From assembly GCF_009914755.1 (NCBI RefSeq), contig NC_060928.1: 64,000 nt of DNA. The stretch is one strand, 5' to 3'. Shown in pieces: positions 55,945-64,000 of this stretch. How positions within the stretch are numbered: position 1 is the stretch's first letter; every line of letters begins with the position of its first letter. The notes beneath the pieces are model-generated. The model ran no database searches and was not told where the DNA came from. It saw nothing but the letters and a program-made list of their open reading frames with translations. The stretch comes from the human T2T-CHM13v2.0 reference genome, Homo sapiens. The position numbers were made by a program, and so were the translations under genes.

Positions 55945-56930
55945 GGAAAGTATGACCCAAAACTTACAATATATATAAAGTGTGATCCAAAACTTAGAAT
56001 ATATACAAAAAAGACTAATAAATTCAACTCCATAAAACAGTGATGATGATGATGATATTGATAAAATTCTGCAAGGTAAAATATCTTGAAGAAAAGTGAC
56101 CAACTGGAAAAAATATTTGCAGCTATTACCTTCAAAAGTGTAGTTTTCCTAATATAAAAAGAACTCTAAAAAATCATTAAGGAAAAGATCATCAATCCAA
56201 TAGAAAAGGGCAAATAATACAAATTAGCAGAAAATAAAAATGGATCTTAATCACGAAAAGCTGCCTGACTTCACTTACAATAAGAGAATACTATCACAAT
56301 GATACTGTTTCTCACCAGTCAAATTGGCAAATATAATAAAAATGTAGCATATCTGTGTAGGAATGTAAATTGAGAATACTTGTATAGAGTACCTTTGGAA
56401 AAAAACCTTCAAAATTAAAAATGTTTTATGTGTGTAAAATAATAATGTATTTATAAGATTATTCATTATATTACTCTTTGAAATGGCAAAAGGTTGAAAA
56501 CAACCCTAATGTAATTAGTACGTGTCATGTTAAATAAATTATGGAATAGCCAAATTTTGGTACAGCATTCTGAAACTGGAATACTAAGCAGTTATAAAGA
56601 AGACTGTAGAAGATCTTTATGTCCTTATAGGAAACTACATTACATATATTGTTAAAAGTATCTAGCAAAAGGTAGAATCATGTGTATGGCTTGCTCCATT
56701 CCTACAGAAAAGAAGAAAAGAAAAAGTATACACACAGTGGTCTTGGAAGACCATTGACAGAATAGAAAAGAAACTGACGATATTTTTTTTCCTCATGGGA
56801 GTGGGGGTATGAGTAGCTGAAGGATAGAAAAGTGAAGATAACTTTTCTTGTATACATTTTTATATCAGTTGAAACACTCAAAATTTATATTATATTTGTA
56901 TTTATATTATATATTCAAGTAAATAAACTT
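55945..56930 (+). mobile_element. Ancient L1ME 3' fragment
   Basis: 'aactggaaaaaatatttgca...ctaatataaaaagaactct...ccaatagaaaagggcaaa...gttaaataaattatgg'. Confidence 0.7.
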
Positions 56931-57476
56931 AAAGGCAAAATCAAGCAACAATAATGACAATATGTACACTTAGGATCTTGCACAATTATTAACGAAGTGC
57001 CTCTCTGATCTGAGCATCCTTTTGGCCAGTGCAAATGAAGGTATAAAATCAATATCTAAGTTTGTTTTATCCACAATACAGAACAAGGATTTTCTAGTCT
57101 CCAAAGCCTAAGGAAAAAATTTAATTTTTGACTGGAAACATACCATATTTTTGTTAAAATTGCTAGAAGGGCCCAATCTGTATGGCCTCTGATCTCCCAC
57201 TTCTTTAAATTGATAATATTATTAGTTTGTGACATTCCATTTAAAATCTAATTTAGTTATCTACTTCACAATTTATAAGTTTGGTTTCTCTTACAACATT
57301 CCACATGATATATATGACTATGCCTGCCATTTAATGGAGTTTACTCTGAATATCTCTGGTACTTCAGCACCTACAGAGAAGTTTTTTCTTAATTATGGCC
57401 TAAAGAGAGGAGTCAATTGAATATGCCAACAATTTTAAATTTGTTAATCATAAATTACCTTTTAAAATGATTTCAG

Positions 57477-60400
57477 TGAAAGAAAAAATGTTAAAGGCAG
57501 CCAGAGAGAAAGGTCATGTCACTTACAGATGGAAGCCCATCAGACTAACAGTGCACCTCTCAGCAAAAACCCTACAAGCCAGAAGAGATGCGGGGACAAT
57601 ATTCAACATTCTTAAAGAAAAGAATTTCCAACCCAGAATTTCATATTCAGCCAAACTAAGCTTCATAAGCGAAGGAGAAATAAGATCCTTTTCGAACAAG
57701 CAAATGCTGAGAGAATGCATCACCGCCAAGCCTGTCTTGCAAGAGCTCCTGAAGGAGGCACTAAATATAGAAAGGAAAAACCCACTACCAGCCAGTACAA
57801 AAACACACTGAAGTACACAGACCAGTGACACTACGAAGCAAGCACATAAACAAGTCTGCAAAATAACCAGCTAGCATCATGATGACAGGATCAAATCCAC
57901 ACATAACAATACTAACCTTAAATGTAAATGGGCTAAATGCCCCTAATTAAATGACAGAGAATGGCAAGCTCGATAAAGAGCCAAGACCCATCTGTCTTCA
58001 AGAGACCCATCTTAGGCGCAAAGACACACATAGGCTCAAAATAAAGGGAAATTTACCAAGGGAATAGAAAACAGAAAACAGAAGGGGTCACAATCCTAGT
58101 TTCTGACAAAACAGACTTTAAACCAACAAAGATCAAAAAAGACAAATAAAGGCATTACATAATGGTAAAGGGTTCAATTCAAGAAGAAGAACCAACTATC
58201 CTAAATATATATGCATCCAATACAGGAGCACCCAAAATCATAAATCATAAATTTCTTGGAGACCTACAAAGAGACTTAGACTCCCATACAATAATAGTGG
58301 GAGACTTTAACACCACACTAACAGTATTAGATCATTGAGACAGAAAATTAATAGATATTTAGGACGTGAACTCAGCTCTGGATCAAGCAGACCTGGTAGA
58401 TATCTACAGGACTCTCCACACAAAAACACAGAATATACATTCTTTTCATTGCCACATGGCACTTACTCTAAAATTGATCACATAATGAGAAGTAAAACAC
58501 TCCTCAGCAAATTCAAAAGAACTGAAATCATAACAGTCTCTCAGACCACAGCACAATCAAATTAGAACTCAAGATTAAGAAACTCACTCAAAACCACACA
58601 AGTACATGGAAATTGAACAACCTGATCCTGAATGACTCCTGGGTAAGTAATGAAATTACGGCAGAAATCAAGAAGTTCTTTGAAACTAATGAGACCAAAG
58701 AGACAATGTACCAGAATCTCTGGGATGCAGCTAAAACACTTATAAGAGGGAAATTTATAGCACTAAATGCCCACATCAAAAAGCCAGAAAGATCTCAAAC
58801 CAACAACCTATCATCACAACTAAAAGAACTAGAGAACCAGGAGCAAACAAACCCGAAAGCTAGCAGAAGACAAGAAATAACCAAGATCAAAGTGGAACTG
58901 AAGGAGACAGAGACACAAAAAACTCTTCAAAAAATCAATGAATCCCAGGAGCTGGTTTTTTGAAAAAATTAATAAACTAGATAGACCACTAGCTAGACTA
59001 ATAAAGAAGAAAAGAGAGGAGAATCAAATAGACACAATCAGAAATGATAAAGGGGATATGACCACTGACTCCACAGAAATACAACAACCATCAGAGAATA
59101 CTATAAACACCTCTATGCACATAAACTAGAAAATCTAGAAGAAACTGATAAATTACTGGATACATACACCCTTCCAAGACTAAACCAGGAAGAAATCGAA
59201 TCCCTGAATATACCAATAACAAGTTGTGAAATTGAGGCAGTAATAAATAGCCTAACAACCAAAAAAGGCCTAGGACCAGAGAGAGTCACAGCTGAACTCT
59301 ACCAGAGGTACAAAGGGGAGCTGGTATCATTTCTATTGAAACTATTCCAAACAATTGAAAAGGAGGGACTCCTCAGTAACTCATTTGATGAGGCCAGCAT
59401 CATCCTGATACCAAAACCTGGCAGAGATATAACCAAAAAAGAAAACTTCAGGCCAATATTCCTAATGAACATTGATGCAAAAATCCTGAATTAAATACTA
59501 GCAAACCAAATCCAGCAGCATATCAAAAAGCTTATCCACCACAACCAAGTTGGCTTCATCCTTGGGAGGGATGCAAGGTTGGTTCAACATCTGCAAATCA
59601 ATAAAAACTGGATAATCAATAAGCTGGACCTTTTCCTTATACCTTACACAAAAATTAACTCAAAATGGATTAAAGACTTAAATGTCAAAAACAAAACTAT
59701 AAAAACCCTAGAAGAAAATCTAGGCAATACCATTCAGGACATAGGGACAGGCAAAGATTTCATGATGAAAACACCAAAAGCAATTGCAACAAAAGCAAAA
59801 ATTGACAAATGGGATCTAATTAAACTAAAGAGCTTCTGCACAGCAAAAGAAACAATCACTAGAGTGAACAGACAACCTATAGAATGGGAGAAAAATTTTG
59901 CAATCAATCCATTTGACAAAGTTCTAATATCCAGAGTCTACAAGGAACTTAAACAAATTTACAAGAAAAAAAAATAAATGACCTCATTAAAAAGTGGGCA
60001 AAGGATATTAACAGACACTTCTCAAAAGAAGACATTCATGAGGCCAACAAACGTTATGAAGAAAAGCTCAACATCACCGATCATTAGAAAAATGCAAATC
60101 AAAACCACAATAAGATACCATCTCATGCCAGTCAGAATGGCATTATTAAAAAGTCAAGAAACAACAGATGCTGGCAAGGCTGCAGAGAGAAAGGAATGCT
60201 TTTACACTGTTGGTGGGAGTGTAAATTAGTTCAACCATTGTGGAAGACAGTGTGGTGATTCCTCAAGGACCTAGAACCAGAAATACCATTTGACCAGGCA
60301 ATCCCATTACTGGGTATATACCCAAAGGTATATAAATAATTCTATTATAAATATACATGCACATGTATGTTCATTGCAGCACTACTCACAATAGCAAAGA

Positions 60401-60834
60401 CATGGAATCAACCTAAATGCCCATCGATGATAGACTGGATAAAGAAAATGTGGTACATGTAAATCGTGGAATACTATGCAGCCATAAAAAGGAATGAGAT
60501 CATTTCCTTTGCAGACAAATGGATGAAGCTGGAAGCCACCATCCTCAGCAAACTGATGCAGGAACAGAAAACCAAACATCACATATTCTCACTCATAAGT
60601 AGGAGCTGAACAATGAGAACACATGGACACAGAGAGAACAACACACACTGAGCTTGTCAGTGGGGCAGGGGGAAAGAGAGCATCAGGACAAATAACTAAT
60701 GCATGTGGGGCTTAATACCTAGATGATGGGTAGATAAGTGCAGCAAATCTCCATGGCACACATTTACCTATGTAACAAACATGCACGTTCTGCACATGTA
60801 TCCCAGAACCTAAAATAAAATAAAAATAAAAAAC
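57477..60834 (+). mobile_element. L1PA (PA11-13-like), 5'-truncated in ORF1 with an internal ORF2 deletion
   Basis: ORF1 C-terminus (KEKNFQPRISYSAKLSF); ORF2 start ATGACAGGA at 57882; fragmented ORF2 peptides; jump at about 59604-59623; 3'UTR and A-rich tail. Confidence 0.95.
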
Positions 60835-61226
60835 AAAATATGGTATATATACATCATGGAATACTATACAGCCATAAAAAGCAATGAGGTCATGTCCTTT
60901 GAAGGGACATGGATGGAGCTGGAAGCCATTATCCTTAGCAAACTAACACAAAAACAGAAAACCAAACGCTGCATTTTTCACTTATAATTGGGAGCTGAAT
61001 GATGAGAATACATGGACATGTGGGAGTAAACAACACACACTGGGGCCTGTTGTAGTGGGGAGACAGGAGGGAGAGCATTAGGAAGAATAGCTAATGGATG
61101 CTGGACTTAATACCTAGGTGATGGGTTGATAGGTGCAGCAGACCACCATGGGCACACGTTTACCTATGTAACAAACATGCACATCCTGCACATGTACCCT
61201 GAAACTTAAAAGTTGAAAAAAAAAAA
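60835..61226 (+). mobile_element. Second L1PA (PA13/14-like) 3' end in tandem
   Basis: Repeats the ORF2 end and 3'UTR with different diagnostics ('ggaagaatagctaatggatgctgg', 'aacttaaaagttgaaaa'). Confidence 0.92.
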
Positions 61227-61732
61227 TAAGGCAAGAATGGAGAGACAAGGGAATATAAAATAGGCAAGAAAAATAGAAAGCACTGAATAAGATGATAAAT
61301 TTAAATGAAAATATATCATCCCTTACGTTAAATCAAATGATTTCAGAAAGGCATTTAAATTTAAAAATGTAAAAATAATAAAATTATATTTTAAAAATAT
61401 ACTTTTCAAGAAAATTCCAGTGACATGGTATTAGAGAAAGATATCACTAAAAAATTTTATTTTAGAACATGGATATGTACCAAGAATATTTATTCTGCTT
61501 ATATTATCTTTTAAGGTTCAGAAAATGAAATGAATACAAAGAAGTTTTAAATATTTTGTTTCAGTTGTACAGATCTGTATTTTTCTTTTTAGAAAAAAAT
61601 TAACTTTTTTTTGAGCACTATGTAAAAAAAATTTTTTTTTTTTTTTACATCAGGACTCTCAAAGCTGTCCTGATTGGTCAACAAATGACATGGCCACTCT
61701 TTTAAATCATCTCACTTAGATGCAGCCAGCTC

Positions 61733-61749
61733 TGTCAGTAGATGGCAGT
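61733..61749 (+). promoter_or_regulatory. Candidate CTCF motif
   Basis: tgtcagtagatggcagt fits CCASYAGRKGGCRS with one mismatch, in non-repeat DNA; motif only. Confidence 0.35.
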
Positions 61750-62645
61750 CCTGACAATGTGATCTAAGGGAGAGTGAAGCAGGTGGGAACACCAGTTCAA
61801 AGCAAGTGGACCAAGCTGAAATTATGGAGAGAACTGTGATTTATTCATGGTCATTTTACCTACTTACTGTAGACTTGTGCAGAGCCCAAATTAAGCTGGT
61901 TGATTCATGCAAACATTTTAATAATTAGTTCTAGAAATGTGAAAAATCTTTATAATTCCTTTTATTAGTTGAAATTGTCCTATTTTCCTTGAGACCACGA
62001 ACTAAAAAGAACATATGGTGACTTAATTTTACAATAAGCTGAGATTAGTAGAAGAATAGTGATAGATGATTTTAAAAATTTATAAACTCATAGACTGAAA
62101 CCTCAAGATTGTGTTTGTTTGACCTAGTGTTTAAAACCCAAAACTTGATATAGTGGAAAAATGGTTAGTTATTGCTAGAATTAGGATGAAAATTAAATTC
62201 TAGGCAGAATCTCAAGTAGCATGTATATTTATGATTTGCAGTTGAATTATCAACTGAATTTAATTAGCTGTGAATATTTTGGGGCCTATATATTAGGCAT
62301 TTCAAAACTGTTGTTTCTGTATTTTGTTGACAGGTCACAGAAAGGATTATTTCACACTTTAAGAGAAAGTGACTCAGGGTTGTTGGAAGGTGGGTGAGAG
62401 TGACTAAGTCTGGGTGAAGTTTCCTCCTGCCTCTTTGCCTTTTCCTATGCTATTATTTTCCCACCTTCCATAGTCCGGGGAGATGACCGATGGATTCCCA
62501 GGATACTCCTTTACTTACTACAAGTGATCAAGGAAATTCAAGGACTGAATATGATAAAATATATTTGGGGAGGAAATGTAAAGTATTTTAAAATTGATAG
62601 TAAGTATAAGAAGTAATTTCTGAGGGCAAAATGGTGGTTGTCTAA

Positions 62646-62978
62646 CAGGGGTGCCTGGTCCCCGGGCCATGGACTGGTACCAGTTTGCGGACTGTTACGA
62701 ACTGGGCGGCACAGCAGGAGGCAAGAGGCAGGTGAGTGAGCATTCCCACCTGAGCTCCCCCTCTTGTCAGATCAGCCTTGGCATTCGATTCTCATAGAAG
62801 AGTGAACCCTATTATGAACTGCGCAGGCAAGGGATCTAGGTGGTGCATTCCTTATGAGAACCTAATGTCTGATAATCTGAGATGGAACAGTTTCATCCCC
62901 AAACCAACCCTGCTGGCCTGTGGAAAAATTGTCTCCCATGAAACCAGTCCCTGGTGCCAAAAAGGTTGGGGACCACTG
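62646..62978 (+). mobile_element. MER1B
   Basis: cagggg...'gtcagatcag...gattctcatagaagagtgaaccctatt'...aaaaggttggggaccactg. Confidence 0.9.
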
Positions 62979-64000
62979 GTCTGTAATTTGTAATATTGAG
63001 AGAAATTGGGGAAAACAAAGATTTTTCAGAATCCAAAGTGTAAACTGATATAGTGTAAAAGATTTATAGCAAATAACAGACCCAAAAGCCTTAGTTTAAG
63101 GCCAGTAAGAAATCAAAATCATAAGAAGAATGAGGCTAGGGTAAACCCAACCCAGGAAAATAGCTCTGAGTAGACGCTAAAAGGAATTTGACTTGAGAGG
63201 CAGATATGGAAACACTTCTCTACCATGATCTAAGGATCTGAAATGAGCAACTCAATTTTCCTGGTGAAAATATTCAAACTCCATCGTTTGCAATTCAGTT
63301 CCCTTTATGAGATGGCCCAACCTCTGTTTGTTTCCTAGTCACTTCTTTCATAGCCAGTGTGTATCCAATGAGTAGACCTATGGGCCACTCTTGTCTGTGC
63401 TTTCCTGCTGCCATGGTGACATGAGTTTTGAATTTCTCTTTACCTAGATTACCTACACCTCCACTTTGAAAATAAACACACTGCTCATATTTGACCAAAT
63501 GGATCAGTTTGTCCATAAAATTTCCTCTGATTCCCTCAGCTGGAAGTACTCTTTCTTTCTAAATCCTAAATTCATGCTAAGTACCTCATCTGGTCGCTTA
63601 ACGCATTCTGTTTTGGTTTCAACTGTTGATGCATTCTTTTACTACGCTGTAAACCCTTAAGAGATAACATATATTTTATTGTTCATAGGCAAGCCAACCT
63701 TGCTGATAAATATTCACAGAATAATTAAGATTACCATATATAATTATTATCACATAATTGTTAAATTAAATATGTAATTACTAAATCACATAATTATAAA
63801 GATAATCATGTATGTATATATGTATTTATTGACATGGGTTAATCCTTTCAAGCAGGTTATTGGGTCTCAGGGTCATTTAAATAAAAGGATATTGAGGACT
63901 GAAAAGGAAGTCACAATAGGAAGGGAATTGCTTAATAGTTCAACCTGTTCATGTAACATTGCACGAGACTCTAGTTTTGTTTATTTCAACCATATATGTT

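Noticed and set aside
57467-60229. L1 ORF1/ORF2 peptides as active CDS
   Set aside because: 5'-truncated, frameshifted, with stops and the RT core deleted

Overview
This is AT-rich, CpG-depleted human genomic DNA; an AluYa5 with all five diagnostic bases supports the human assignment. It reads as intronic or intergenic and is dominated by transposable elements: Alu, MIR, L1, L2, MaLR/ERVL LTRs, hAT/Tigger MITEs and a full-length Hsmar2 mariner. I find no supportable protein-coding gene, tRNA, rRNA or CRISPR array. Nearly all listed ORFs are Alu, L1, L2 or LTR read-throughs or chance ORFs. Three structures stand out. (1) A 3.9-kb L1PA composite at 57465-61346 sits inside one 12-bp target-site duplication (TSD). 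It holds an RT-deleted L1, a second L1 3' end and about 108 bp of extra sequence, so it is a probable 3' transduction with no terminal poly(A). (2) A nested stack in which MLT1D contains Hsmar2, which in turn contains an AluJ and an AluYa5, with TSDs readable for the three inserted elements. (3) A unique-sequence multi-helix hairpin at about 2353-2449 coincides with splice-signal-bounded candidate exons on both strands. Repeat family calls come from remembered consensus sequences, not a database search, and boundaries of old elements are approximate. I do not see a demonstrably new biological system.
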